This document shows, piece by piece, positions 11,395 through 23,296 of a stretch of 64,000 nucleotides of DNA. Every line of letters begins with the position of its first letter. Position 1 is the first letter of the stretch. The stretch covers positions 4,774,001 through 4,838,000 of the forward strand of contig NC_135908.1 in assembly GCF_964194155.1 (NCBI RefSeq). Reading direction: 5' to 3'. The notes beneath the pieces are model-generated. The model did not search any database, was not told the DNA's origin, and saw only the letters and a list, made by a program, of their open reading frames with translations. The stretch is from Cetorhinus maximus (lineage: Eukaryota). The position numbers and the translations under genes are program-made.

Positions 11395-11834
11395 TCTTCA
11401 AGAGCCTTGTTTAAAGCGACCGGATGGAATACATCCTGGAGAAACCTTCGCAATTTGCCAGCGCTTGTGCCTTACAAAGCCCCCTCTCAGTTGCATAACA
11501 GCGAGTTTTAGTGCACCGATTTAAACCTTCTCCCACCCTCCTCCTCCTCCTCCTTCCAAATCCCCCCGGTGCTTGTGCTCAAGCCAGAAGTGGGGGGAGA
11601 AAAACAGTCTTCAAAAAATAAGTTTCTAAAGTTCCTGACTTGTGTCCGCGGAGAATTCTCTCCAGGATATCCATTCAACAGGCGGCCTCCGAGCTGAAGT
11701 TAATGTCTTTTCCTCGCTACTCGCCTTTGTCCAGAATCCTTGGAATTGTAGCTCACACAGAACCAGAAATTTGCCGCGGTTTTCCTTTTTGAGAGATGCA
11801 AATTGTCAAAGCACTTTTTTTTTCCCACAGCCCC

Positions 11835-12063
11835 CTCTCTCTTTCTCTCTCTCTCTCTCTTTCTCTCTCGCCCTCTTTCTTTATCTCTCTCTCTTTCTCT
11901 CTCCCTCGCCCTCTTTCTCTCTCTCTCTAAAGTCCCTGTATCTTTGCTCCAGTGTTCCACATCACGCTTTGATTTAACAAGCTCAACTCTTGCTCAATCT
12001 TCCCCCCTCCCTCTCTCTCTCTCCCCGCAAACTGGGGGATGGGGTAGAAAGAGAGAGAGAGAG
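11835..12063. repeat. (CT)n/(GA)n polypyrimidine-polypurine tracts in the GAS1-like 5' region
   Basis: Long CT repeat 11835-11928, shorter CT run at ~12012 and GA run at ~12050. Confidence 0.9.
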
Positions 12064-12262
12064 AAATCTTATTTTTCCATCCTCAATAGGGGATTGGTCG
12101 ATTTTTTTTTTGGCATTGTGCAGCCAAAGATTCATCTCCATAGTGACATATTTTTTTTCGGCAAGCCAGCACGTCACATACTGGATCAAATGTTTATATA
12201 AATTTATTTTAAAAAGCAACATGTGTGGTCTTAACATTTTTTTAAGGAAAGGAAGTCGTGAA

Positions 12263-12276
12263 CCAGTAGAGGGAGC
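12263..12276 (+). promoter_or_regulatory. Candidate CTCF site upstream of GAS1-like
   Basis: CCAGTAGAGGGAGC matches CCASYAGRKGGCRS with one mismatch. A TATA-like TATATAAA lies on the minus strand at 12193-12200. Confidence 0.35.
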
Positions 12277-12496
12277 AAAATGTAGGACCAGGAATGAAAA
12301 CTGTTCTGTCCTCACACCGTCCAGTTCCCACTTAATCTGAAATTTCCTGCCCTCCCCTCACAAAAAAAAACTAATGTCACTTTAACTGAAGCAAACTTTG
12401 GGGTCACCAGTTAAGAGTTGCTAAGAGATTCAGTTGCCAATAAGAGATTTCCCTCCACAGCCTCCAAACCTCATAGTCCCCAAACCCACTTCTACC

Positions 12497-12843
12497 TGGA
12501 CGTGGAGAGGATGTTTCCTTTTGTGGAAGAATCTAGAACTAGGGGGTCGCTGTTTAAAAATAAGGGGTCACTCATTTAAGACAGAGATGAGGAGAATTTT
12601 TTTTCTCTCAGAGGGTTGTGAGTCTTTGGAACTCTCTTCCTCGAAAGGCGGTGGAAGCAAAGTCTTTGAATATTCTTAAGGCAGAGCTAGATAGATTCTT
12701 GATTAACAAGGGGGTGAAAGGTTATCAGGGGTAGGCAGGAATGTAGGGTTGAGGTTACCTTCAGATCAGCCATGATCTTGTTGAATGGTGGAGCAGGTTG
12801 AAGGGACAGAATGGCCTATTCCTGCTCCTAATTCGTGTGTTCG
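12497..12843 (+). mobile_element. CR1-type LINE 3' end
   Basis: Peptide CLKIRGHSFKTEMRRIFF and tail gaatggcctattcctgctcctaattcgtgtgttcgt; abuts the Penelope element. Confidence 0.85.
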
Positions 12844-14832
12844 TACCTCCTTCCCAAAATCCACAAACAGGACTATCCTGGTAGACCTATCTGTAGACCA
12901 GCCTGTTCCTGCCCCATGGAACACGTTTCTTCCAATCTTGACTCTATTTTCTCTCCATTCATCCAGTCTCTTCCCACTAACATTCATGATTCCTCTAATG
13001 CCCAATGTCATTTTAACAATTTCCAGTTTCCTATCCCTAACCACCTTCTCTTCGCCATGGACATCCTCTACACCTCCATCCCTCACCAGGATGGTCTGAG
13101 GGCTCTCTGCTTCTTCCTTGAACAGAGGCCTGAACAATCGCCATCCACCACCACTCTCCTCCGCCTGGCTGAACTTGTTCTCTCACTGAACAATTTCTCC
13201 TTAAACTCGTCTCACTTCCTCCAAATAAAAGGTGTGGCTATGGGTACCTGCATGGGCCACAGTTATACCTGTCTTTTTGTGGGGTGTGTGGAACATTCCT
13301 TGTCCCAGTCCTACTCAGGCCGCCTCCCACAACTCTTTCTTTGGTACATCGATGGCCACTTCATACTCTCATCTGGATCTGGAAAATATTATCGATTTTG
13401 CTTCCACTTTCTACCCCGCTCTCATCTTCACATAGTCCATCGCCAACACTTCCCTGCCCTTTCCTGACTTCCCTGTCTCCATTTCTGGTGGTAGACTGTC
13501 CACCAATATTCATTAAAAGCCCACTGACTCCCACAGCTACCTAAACTACAGCTTCTCACACCCTGCTCCATCCCATTCTCCCAGTTTCTCTGCCTCTGTT
13601 GCATCTGTTCCAGTGATGTCACTTTCCAAAACAGCGCATCTGACATGTCTTTCTTTTTTCTGAGCCGATTTTCCACATCCCCTTCACTATGGGTGACAGC
13701 GCCCGCAACCCCCATTTCCCGCACTTCTGACCTCACTCCTTCCCCTCCCTCCCAGAACCATGATAGGGTCCCCTCCTGCTCACTTCTCACCCCACCAGCC
13801 TCCGCATTCAAAGGATCTTTCTCCACCATTTCCGCCAACTCCAGCATGATGGCACCACTAACACATTTTCCCCTCACCTCCCCTGTCAGCATTCCATAGG
13901 GACCGTTCCCTCCAGGACATCCTGGTCCACATCTTGTGGTCTTATGGTCTATCTTTATCAACCCCAATACCTCAACCCCTCTCACAGCACCTTCCAAGCA
14001 ATCGCAGGTGTAACAGCTGCCCCTTTACCTCCCCCTTCCTCACCATCCAAAGCCGCGAATACTCCTTTCAAGTGAAGCAGCATTTCACTTGCACTTCTTT
14101 CAATTTAGTCTATTGCATTAGCTGCTCACAATGTGGTCTCCTCTACACTGGGGACACTAAACGCAGACTGGGTGACCGCTTTGCAGAACACCTTCGGTCA
14201 GTCCGTAAGCATGACCCCAACCTCCCTGTCGCTTGCCATTTCAACACACCACCCTGCTCTCATGTCCACATGTCCATCCTCAGCCTGTTACAATGTTCCA
14301 GTGAAACCCAACGCAAACTGGAGGAACAGCACCTCATCTTCTGATTAGGCATTTTACAGCCTTCCGGACTTAACATCAAGTTCAAGTACAACAGACCATG
14401 AACTCTGTCCTCCATTTTGATATTTTTATATATTGTTTTCCAAACCCCTCCCCCCAACCACAAGACCAGTCTGTAACTTGTTCTTATGTTTTGCTTTCAG
14501 AGAGCGCTGACCCTTGTTCTGCTATTAACACATGTTGCTATCTGACCTTTATGCCACTATTAGCACCTGCCTAGTCTTTAACACTATCTTTACCACTGCC
14601 TTTGTCTTCTGTCCATTACATCTTTGTCAAATCTCTCCTCTGAGCTTCCACCTATCCTTGACCTTCTATTTTGCTCCACCTGCTCCACCCCCTGTTAAAC
14701 AGTATAAAATCCATCACATTTCTACCTCTCTGCGGCTCTGAGGTCGTAAGGACTGCCAGCCTTGACTGTTCCTCTCTCCACAGATACTGCCCGGACCTGC
14801 TGAGTTTTTCCAGCATTTTTCTGTCTTTATTT
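12844..14832 (+). mobile_element. Penelope-like retroelement (RT + GIY-YIG endonuclease, Neptune-type), 5'-truncated and frameshifted
   Basis: RT motifs YLLPKIHK..PGRPI, LYTSIPHQDG, LNNF, QIKGVAMGT, YID. CxxC linker RCNSC. GIY-YIG domain LVYCISCSQCGLLYTGDTKRRLGDRFAEH..VACHFN. Terminal repeat ctctccacagatactgcccggacctgctgagtttttccagc. Confidence 0.92.
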
Positions 14833-14944
14833 CAGCAAGAGTTGCTCATGCACTCAGACATGGATATACTCAGAGCCTGCAAGGTCCAATTTCAGCAAGA
14901 GATTCCTCACCATCCTCCCTTATAACCCACCCCCCCACCTTTAG

Positions 14945-15260
14945 ACAGTGAATAGCATTTTCTGGCCCGTTTGATTCCCTTTGTAGGAGATGCGTTTGTG
15001 CGCTGGGTTGTATTCGTGGACGCCAGAGGAAATTGTTTACGCCCTTCAAGCTTTGAATGGAGCTTGTTTTCCAAAGGCGGGGGCCTCCCCATTTAACAGC
15101 CTTTCCCATTCAGCCGCACTTTTGAGAGTCACCGCATGGCAAGCGGCCCCAGTCGATTCCATTCTCTCTGCCCCGTCCCCTTGGCCATTGAGATGTAAAG
15201 TGACCGAATTCAGGAGTAAATCGGCCGACACCATGACCGCTTTTGACAGTCCGGGAAAGG
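14945..15260. promoter_or_regulatory. Candidate conserved non-coding enhancer of GAS1-like
   Basis: Unique, CpG-retaining, non-repeat block with TGTTTAC (FOX), CTTTGAA (TCF/LEF), CTTTGT (SOX) and TGACAG (MEIS) motifs. Conservation not tested. Confidence 0.4.
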
Positions 15261-15694
15261 AGTGGGGGAAAGTTTCAACCTGCAGAGAGACAGAGTGAGA
15301 GAGAGAGAGAGAAATGAAAGGCTGGTGATTTGTTCCTGAAAAGGGTTTTTATTTTCGCCTCTGGCACGTCTCGTTTCTGAGGGCGATTTACATCTGCACT
15401 GCCTCGCATCTTGATCAGTAAGCTCTTTTTAAAACAAAATGATACATAATCTTCTGAGGTGCACTTTGCATCAAAAAATGCATTATGCAATCATTTAAAA
15501 TAATGTAAAAAAAAATAACAGGAATTTAGTACAAAATAAATGACCTGATCACTTGACTTAAGATCTGGATGTATTTATCTGTACTGTGTGCAAGTTTGAC
15601 ATATTTTACTTCAGTGACGTTTATTTGACTGTCAGGATAAGGTACATATTTAATGAAAGCACTTTGTAGTTTATCACAAGGGATAGTTTTTTTT

Positions 15695-15896
15695 AATTCA
15701 TTCATGGGATGTGGGTATCACTGGCAAATCCAGCATTTATTACGCATCCCTAATTGCCCTTGAGAAGGTGCTGCTGGACCTTTTCAGAGGGCAGTTAAGA
15801 ATGAAGCACACTACTGTAAGTCTGGAGTCATGTGTAGGCCAGACTGAGTAAGGATGGCAGATTTCCTTCCCTAAAGGATGTCAGTGAATCAGATGG
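15695..15896 (-). mobile_element. tRNA-SINE 3' part
   Basis: attcattcatgggatgtggg...ccctaattgcccttgagaagg...gcagatttccttccctaaagg. Confidence 0.75.
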
Positions 15897-16700
15897 GTCC
15901 ATGTCCAAATGCAGCAAGACCTGGACACATCCAGACTTGGGCTGACAAGTGGCAAATAACATTCACGCCACACAAGTGTCAGGCAGTGACCATCTCCAAC
16001 AAGACAGAATCTAACCATCGGGCCTTGACATTCAATGGCATTACCATCGCTGAATTCCCCAATATCAACATCCTGGGGCTTACCATTGACCAGAAACTGA
16101 ACTGAACTAGCAGGTCAGAGGCTAGGAATCCTGCGGCAAGTAACTCAACTCCTGACTCCCCAAAGCCTGTCCACAATCTACAAGGCACAAGTCAGGAGTG
16201 TAATGGAATACTCTCCCTTTGCCTGGATGAGGGCAGCTCCAACAACACTCAAGAAGCTTGACACCATCCAGGGCAAAGCAGCCCACTTGATTGGCACCCC
16301 ATCCACAAACATTCACTCCCTCCACCACCGACACACAGTAGTAGCAGTGTGTACCATTTACAAGATGCACTGCAGGAACTCACCAAGGCTCCTTAGACAG
16401 CACTTTCCAAACCCACAACCACTGCCATCTAGAAGGACAAGGACAGCAGGTAGATGGGAACACCACCACCTGGAAGTTCCCCTCCAAGCCACTCACTATC
16501 CTGACTTGGAAATATATCGCCGTTCCTCCACTGTCGCTGGGTCAAAATCCTGGAACTCCCTTCCTAACAGCACTGTGGGTGTACCTACACCACACGGACT
16601 GCAGCGGTTCAAGAAGGCAGCTCACCACTACCTTCTCAAGGGCAATTAGGGATGGGCAATAAATGCTGGCCTAGCCCACGTCCCATGGATGAATATATTT
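15897..16700 (+). mobile_element. Non-LTR retrotransposon (HHLLKGN family) RT C-terminal fragment
   Basis: IQTWADKWQITFTPHKCQ...NILGLTIDQKLN and MEYSPFAWMRAAPTTLKKLDTIQ...HHYLLKGN*. Confidence 0.9.
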
Positions 16701-17913
16701 AAAAAAATTAAAGCTAGTCTCAGTAATGGTGACCATGACAACTATCATTGATTGTCCTAACCACTATGGGACGGTACCCCTAAGGTTTGTGTGTTATATA
16801 CACTGCAGCCACTAAGGGCAACTGACTAAATGGGCAATGGTGTGATTTTGCCTTGGATGGTTCTGTACCATTGACTTTTAGGAGATACAGCCTGCCCCTA
16901 GAATTAGCGTAGTGTTTGGGATTCCGGATAATTTGCTTAACAAGAAATGAAACAAATTAAAAGCATCTCGTTTGCCTGTAATCTTTTGTCAAGTTAATGT
17001 AAATAATTTTTAAATTGTTTATAAATCTATGTCCTAAATTATTTGGGAAATTTTTGAGTGATTGACCTCTGTTATAAACAAGCTGCAGTTCATGTGGCTC
17101 AGAGTTGCCTCTCCGTCACTAAGCTCCCATACGCACTCCTGATTATCAATTTCACAATCGACCCATCCTGATGCCCTGGAACTCACTGTCCATAAGGGTG
17201 GTGGAAGCAGAGATGATCAATGATTTCAAAAGGAATTTGCATTCAAGGGAGACAAACTTGCAGGGCAATGGGGATAGAGAAGGGGAATGAGGTTGACTGG
17301 ATTGCTCTGCAGAGGACTCAATGGGCTGAATGGCCTCCTTCTGTGTTGTGACAACTATATGAACCTCAGCGCATCAATTTTAAAATCCAGGCCTTTAAGG
17401 GTTGATTTAATGGGAGCAGTTCAGGGCATTGGTTAAAATGCAACTCCATTTAACTTCATTTCTTTCCCTTATTTTAAAACCCAGGATAAACAGAATGACG
17501 ATGAGCAACAAATAACAGATTAGGTCCCCGTAGACAGTTTCTGATGGCTTAAAAATGGAAATTTAATCATTTTGCCTTTATTATCATTTGGAGAACAAAA
17601 TAAGTTGCTAAGGCCTTTACACCATGAAGGGAGCAATGAAACTAGTTACTTCTGCTAAGGAACTCCTATTATGGTATGCAGTTGCATAAAAATTGCAGCA
17701 CAGAAACAAACCATTCCGCCCAACACGTCAGTTCTATCTCCGTGAAGCTAATAGACCTGTAGCTCTGGGTCAAAATCTCAGTTGCGAGCCACAGTTAAAC
17801 AAGGTCTTCAGATAAAAATGTTAATTAAACTACACAAACAAAAGTTATAATTAATGTTAATTATATTATTGTGCAATATGTATATAGTGTAATATATATT
17901 ATATATCCATTAA

Positions 17914-18255
17914 GGGGAGGCGATGGTGTGGTGATATTGTTGGTGGACTAGTAATCCATGAGACCCAGTGTTAATGCCCTGGGGACATAGGTTCAGATCC
18001 CACCACGTCAGATGATGAAGTTTGAATTCAATAAAAATCTGGAATTAAAAGTCTTAATGATGACCATAAAACCATCTGGTTCACTCATGCCCTTTAGGGA
18101 AAGAAATCTGCCATCCTTACCTGGTCTGGCCTACATGTGACTCCAGACCCACAGCAATGTGGTTGACTCTGAAATGCCCCCTAAACAAGGAGCAATTAGG
18201 GATGGGTAATAAATGCCAGCCTAGCCAGTGATGCCCACATCCCATGAATAAAAAG
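17914..18255 (+). mobile_element. Near full-length tRNA-derived SINE
   Basis: Head ggggaggcgatggtgtggtg...ggttcagatccc (A/B-box-like), body, and LINE-derived tail gggatgggtaataaatgcc...cccacatcccatgaataaa. Confidence 0.8.
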
Positions 18256-19023
18256 AATTGCATTATAAATGTGTATATATGCCTATATTATTTATTTTAT
18301 AATATATGCATAAACATATTTAAGGACATAACATAAGAAATAGGAACAGGTGTAGGCCATTCAGCCCCTCAAGACTGCTCTGCCATTCAGTAAGATCATG
18401 GCTGATCTGATTGTTGCCTCAACTCCACATTCCACCCTGCTCCCCCGTTAGCCTCGATCCCTCTGTTGATCAAAAATCTGGCTATTTAGGAACTTTATCT
18501 TTATTCCATACTTGAGGGCAAAATAAAATACATTGTATGAAAATGTTAGAAAGTGTTTTGATTGGATCACCTTCACCTTGCTAAGAGATTAGACTGAATT
18601 ATAATTAAATAATAGGTTTGAATCACTATTAATAAACTTGCACAGCAGCTAGCTGAGGTTTGCATCCAGCAGCCAGAATATATTTGTATTGAGCAGGAAC
18701 ATATTTGCATATCAGACAATCAAACGCAAGAGCTTTTGGATGTGAGAAATTTCCATATAATGTGAGGGACAGGAAATGGATCTACATGTATTGCAAAGTC
18801 CCACAAAGCAGCAATAAGCTAAATGGCCATTGGCGAATTGATGATATTGGTTGAGTTGCGACAATGAGAAAACTTCCTGCTTTAATTTGAATAGTGCCAT
18901 GCCGTCTTTTGGAACCACCTCAACAGGCAGAAGGAGCCTCAGGTTTCATCTGTAAGAGTGGCACCTCTGATAATGCAGCACTTCCCTAGTGTTGTACTGC
19001 AGATAAGATTAATAGCATTTTAC

Positions 19024-19956
19024 AGGAACACAGGAGCAAAAGTAGGCCATTTGGCCCATTGAGCCCACTCTGCCATTCAAACAGATCACAGCTGATCATC
19101 TACCTCTGTGCCTTCTGCCCCACTATCCCCATATCCCTTGATGCCATTAGCATCCATGGAAACATAGAAAAGTAGGAGTAGGTCATTCGGCCCTTCGAGC
19201 CTGCTCCGCCATTCAATATGATAATGGCTGATCCTCCATCTCAATGCTGTACTCCCACACTCTCCCCATACCCCTTGACGCCTTTAGGATCCAGAAATCT
19301 ATCTATTTCCTTAAATATATTCAGTGACTTGGCCTCCACAGCCTTCCAGGTAGAGAATTCCATAGGTTCACCACCCTCTTGAGTGAAGAAGTTTCTCCTC
19401 ATCTCAGTCCTAAATGGTCTACTCCGTATCCTGAGATTGTGACTCTCTTGTTCTAGACACCCACCCCAGCCAAAGGAAATATCCTCCCTGCATCCAGTCT
19501 GTCCATACTTGTCAGAATTTTATACGTTTCAATGAGATCTCCTCTCATTCTTCTAAACTCCAGTGAATACAGGCCTAGTCGGCCCAATCTCTCCTCATAT
19601 GACAATCCTGCCATCCCAGGAATCAGTCTGGTGAACCTTCACTGCAGTCCCTCTATGGCAAGTATATCCTTTCTTAGGTAAGGAGACCAAAACTGCACAC
19701 TCCGGGTGTGATCTCACCAAGGCCCTGTACAGCTGCAGTAAGACATCCTTGCTCCTGTGCTCAAATCCTCTCACAACGAAGGCCAACATACCATTTGCCG
19801 ACAATTTCTGTCTTGAACATGTTCAATGATTGAGCTTCCACAGCCCTTGGGGTAGAGAATTCCAATGATTCACCACCCTCTGAGTGAAGAAATTCCTCCT
19901 CATCTCAGTCGCAAATGTCCTGCCCCTTATTCTGAGAATCTGTCCCTTATTCTGAG
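19024..19956 (-). mobile_element. Nested CR1 LINE fragments (inner ~19158-19800 inserted in outer 19024-19154 + 19803-19956)
   Basis: Two CR1 3' tails; peptides ANGMLAFVVRGFEHRSKDVLLQLYRALVR and RRNFFTQRVVNHWNSLPQ. Confidence 0.85.
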
Positions 19957-20028
19957 TCCAGTACCGGGATCGAACCCACGATCTTGGTGTCATTAGCACT
20001 ACGCTGTAACCATCTGAGCTAACTGGCT
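19955..20028 (-). pseudogene. tRNA-Ile(AAT)-derived pseudogene/SINE head
   Basis: AGCCAGTTAGCTCAGATGGTTACAGCGTAGTGCTAATGACACCAAGATCGTGGGTTCGATCCCGGTACTGG closely follows vertebrate tRNA-Ile(AAT). Mismatches in the D stem and acceptor stem argue against function. Confidence 0.75.
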
Positions 20029-20419
20029 GCCAAAAAGCCCTAGGTTGGAGAAGCTGGGGCTGTTCTCCTTGGAGAAGAGAAGGTTGAGAGGAAATTTGAC
20101 AATCATAGGCTTTCAAAAGAGAAGTGGACCTGAAGAGGAAAAATGTGCAGGACTATGGGGAAAGGGCAGAGAGTGGGACTGAATTGCTCTTGCAGAGAGT
20201 GGAGGCAGACACAACAGTCCGAATGCTGTAACCATTCTATGATTCTATCAATGGTGAGCAGGTTAGATTAAAATTCCCGTCCGTGTGTACTGCAATTTAT
20301 GCGCTCCACACCCCACCAGTGATGTCCTGAGAGAGGCAAAACACCAATTAAGATCCCAGGACAAATTGTGGCGGTTAAAAAAAATCCCCTGTGAAATTCC
20401 CTGGTGACCCCTTAGGCAA

Positions 20420-20671
20420 AAGGGACACTCCTAAACTGTGGGTAGCGACCCCCCAGTGAGGGGGGGTCACAGGATGAGATTCTGGGGTGGCGAGCGCCAA
20501 GGTAACAATAGCGGACGTGGAGATACCATGATAAAGGTGGATCTTTGGCTTTTTTTTTCCCCCAGAGTAAACCCCGTAGTTTTTAAAAGAGCCCTGCCCT
20601 CTGGTCAACCACTCTGGGGTCACAAGAAGCTTGAGGCAGGGTCACATTGGGAAAGAGTTTGGGCAGCCCTG
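20420..20671. mobile_element. hAT (Charlie-like) MITE
   Basis: Ends ..ctcctaaactgtgggtagcgacccc / gggtcacattgggaaagagtttgggcagccctg; same family as 23297-24095 in the opposite orientation. Confidence 0.6.
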
Positions 20672-20711
20672 CCTTTAGCCACCAAAACTATTCTAGGAAA
20701 TCGTTCAGACT

Positions 20712-21080
20712 GGGGGAGATGCTGGTGTAGTGGTAATGTCATGGGTCTAAGGCTAATTTCACCCTCTGGATCTAGACTCAGCCCAGGTCACAGATTCAAA
20801 TCCCACCCACTGCAGCCAGTGGGAATTTGAATTCAATGAATAAATCTGGAATGTAAAGCAAGTCTCAGTAATGGTGACCATGAAACTATCATCAATTGTC
20901 ATAAAAACCCCATCTGGTTCACTGATGCCCCTTTTTTAGGGAAGGAAATCTGCCATCCTTACCTGGTCTGGCCCTGCATGTGACTCCAGACCCACAGCAG
21001 TGTGGTTGACTCTTAACTGCCCTCTGAAATGGTGCGGCAATCACTCAGTTCAAGGGCAATTAGGGACGGGCAATAAAAAA
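20712..21080 (+). mobile_element. tRNA-derived SINE
   Basis: Same family as 17914-18255. Confidence 0.8.
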
Positions 21081-23067
21081 AGTGTCAGATTTCCCTTTTT
21101 TTTAAAAAAAGATGCAAGTCCTGGTTTGAACCCAGTGACGGCAAAAATGAAGGTGAATTTGCAGAATAAGAGGAACAGGCAAGGAAGGTTTAAGAACAGG
21201 AGTTGGCAATTCAGCCCTTCAGGTCTGCTTGGCCATTCAATTAGATCACAGCTGATTTGCAGGACCTTGGCAGCCCATAAAATAGATGGGGGATTGTGCA
21301 GCAATAAGGCTTGACTAAGTGCTTAATCCAGTATGAAATTTAATTTTTCATTTGCATATTAGCAGTTACCATTCTGAGAGATGTGACTGTAATTAGATCT
21401 ATTTAAATGTATTATGAATGGAAATCATATACAGGAACAATTTTCTCAACAGGAACAGCCTGGCCGATTCTTTGTAATTAGTTCTCCAGGGTTTGCTTTA
21501 ATAGCTACTTCCCACAGATTGATGAGCAGGAGGATCAGACATTAAGTAATTGTATCTGAACTTTTAGTAAAAAGTCATTGTGTTGTCAAGGTTATCTATA
21601 ATTTAATTGTCCGCAGTTTGGATTTTCTTATGTAATTTTTCAGCTCTTTCTCCTTTTCTGAAAGCATTGGTTTGTTCTATCCGTCTCTTACCTTGTCTGA
21701 GTGACCATTCTTCGTCTCTAGACCTTGGACTCTCCCTCATCTTCAAGAGTAGCACGGAACCTGGGGACCTCCTATCCAAAGGACCGGAACTTCTGACAGT
21801 GCAGCACTCCTTCAGCACTGCTTTTGAGGGGATCCGCCTGGGTATTTGTGCTCAAAGCCCCTCGAGTGGGGGTTTGAACAGACCGCATTCTGACTCAGAG
21901 GTGAGAATGTGACCCACTGAGCCATGGCTGACACTGAATTACTAGATTTCAACAAGGGGTATTATAGCTGGATCTGATCAAGTGCTCATTGAGATAGCCA
22001 CACTTCATAATTCCAGCATGAGGAACCTATCAGGACTTGGAACACAAGCTAACTTTCCACTCCCTAAGCCAGGGCACTGATGCCAACCCAGCTAAATCAG
22101 CTAATAAAGCACTGACTGACGTCAAATCTGAGGCATTCCTTGTCTCTACACTTAACTGTTCACTGGTTGAACCAGCTGAGTTCTCAGGAGAGAAATAATT
22201 ATGGCTGAAAACAATCTTGTGGCAATATTCAACGTGTTCGTTTGGTCAGGATATATCTTTGGCAGTCTTTTGCATTTTTCAATATTGGTGCTGCAAGATT
22301 GTGAAATAAATTTTATACTGAGGTGATTTGTTATTCAGTCACTTATATGTATAGAAAAATCAAATGAGCGGAAAAATGCAAATCTAACAAACCTGCTGAG
22401 TCAAGTGTGCTTTGTTCATCATATGCAGTTAAAAATACAAAGCAGTGAATTTCTGTCTCCTGGTCCTTGTCCACAAACCTCTCCCTAATCTCAGCCCTCT
22501 TGACCTCCTCCAGCTTTATGTCCCATCCCAATCAACTGCATCCAAAGTCATCCAAAGTCAGTCCTCCCTTTATATTACAACAGTCACTACACTTCAAAAG
22601 TATTTCATTAGCTGTAAAGCACTTTGAGATGTCCAGTAGCCATGAGAAAATGCTGTATAAATGCAAGTCTTTCTAACTCCGACAGCACCTAGAAGTTCCA
22701 GGACAGCAGGGCCAAAAAGGCTGAACGCTTTGCCACCGATGGTAGAACAGGAGGAGGGGAGTAGAAATGAAATGCACAGGGTACCAAAGTTGGAGGATGA
22801 AAAAGCACAGGCTGGGATGTAAGACGGGTGCAGGTTGCAGAGGTAGGATGGGGCTATAGAGGGATTTGTAACTGTGGGCAAGGATCTCTGTGGATCTCAT
22901 CTGGGGCTGTCAAGGCAGGAGAAAGTGTGGTCCCTCTTCAATGGTTGTCCTCCAACAGCCCTGTAGGCATTGATGATACAATGCTAAAGAAGCAGTAGGC
23001 AATGAGAGTTGCAGTGTCCATGTCCCCACATAAGGAGTTCCTTCCATTCAATATGAAAGATTTTATT

Positions 23068-23192
23068 GAAAGCAAAATACTGCGGATACTGGAAATCCGA
23101 AAGAAAAACAGAAAATGCTGGAAAAACTCAGCAGGTCTGGCAGCATCTGTGGAGAGAGAAACAGAGTTAACGTTTCGAGTCCGTGACTCTTA
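23068..23192 (-). mobile_element. Penelope terminal-repeat fragment with partial hammerhead motif
   Basis: Homologous to ~14760-14830; minus strand CTAAGAGTCACGGACTCGAAACGTTAACT. Confidence 0.7.
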
Positions 23193-23296
23193 GATTTTAT
23201 TCGCTGCAGGGTTGCTTCTGATGGAGGCAACCCATATCACAAAGGACCTTGTGCTCTCTGAATGTATACTTCTCTTACGCCTTTTTTATAGTAAAT

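Noticed and set aside
19955-20028. Functional tRNA-Ile gene
   Set aside because: Broken acceptor-stem ends, D-stem mismatch, no poly-T terminator and fusion to CR1; kept only as a pseudogene.
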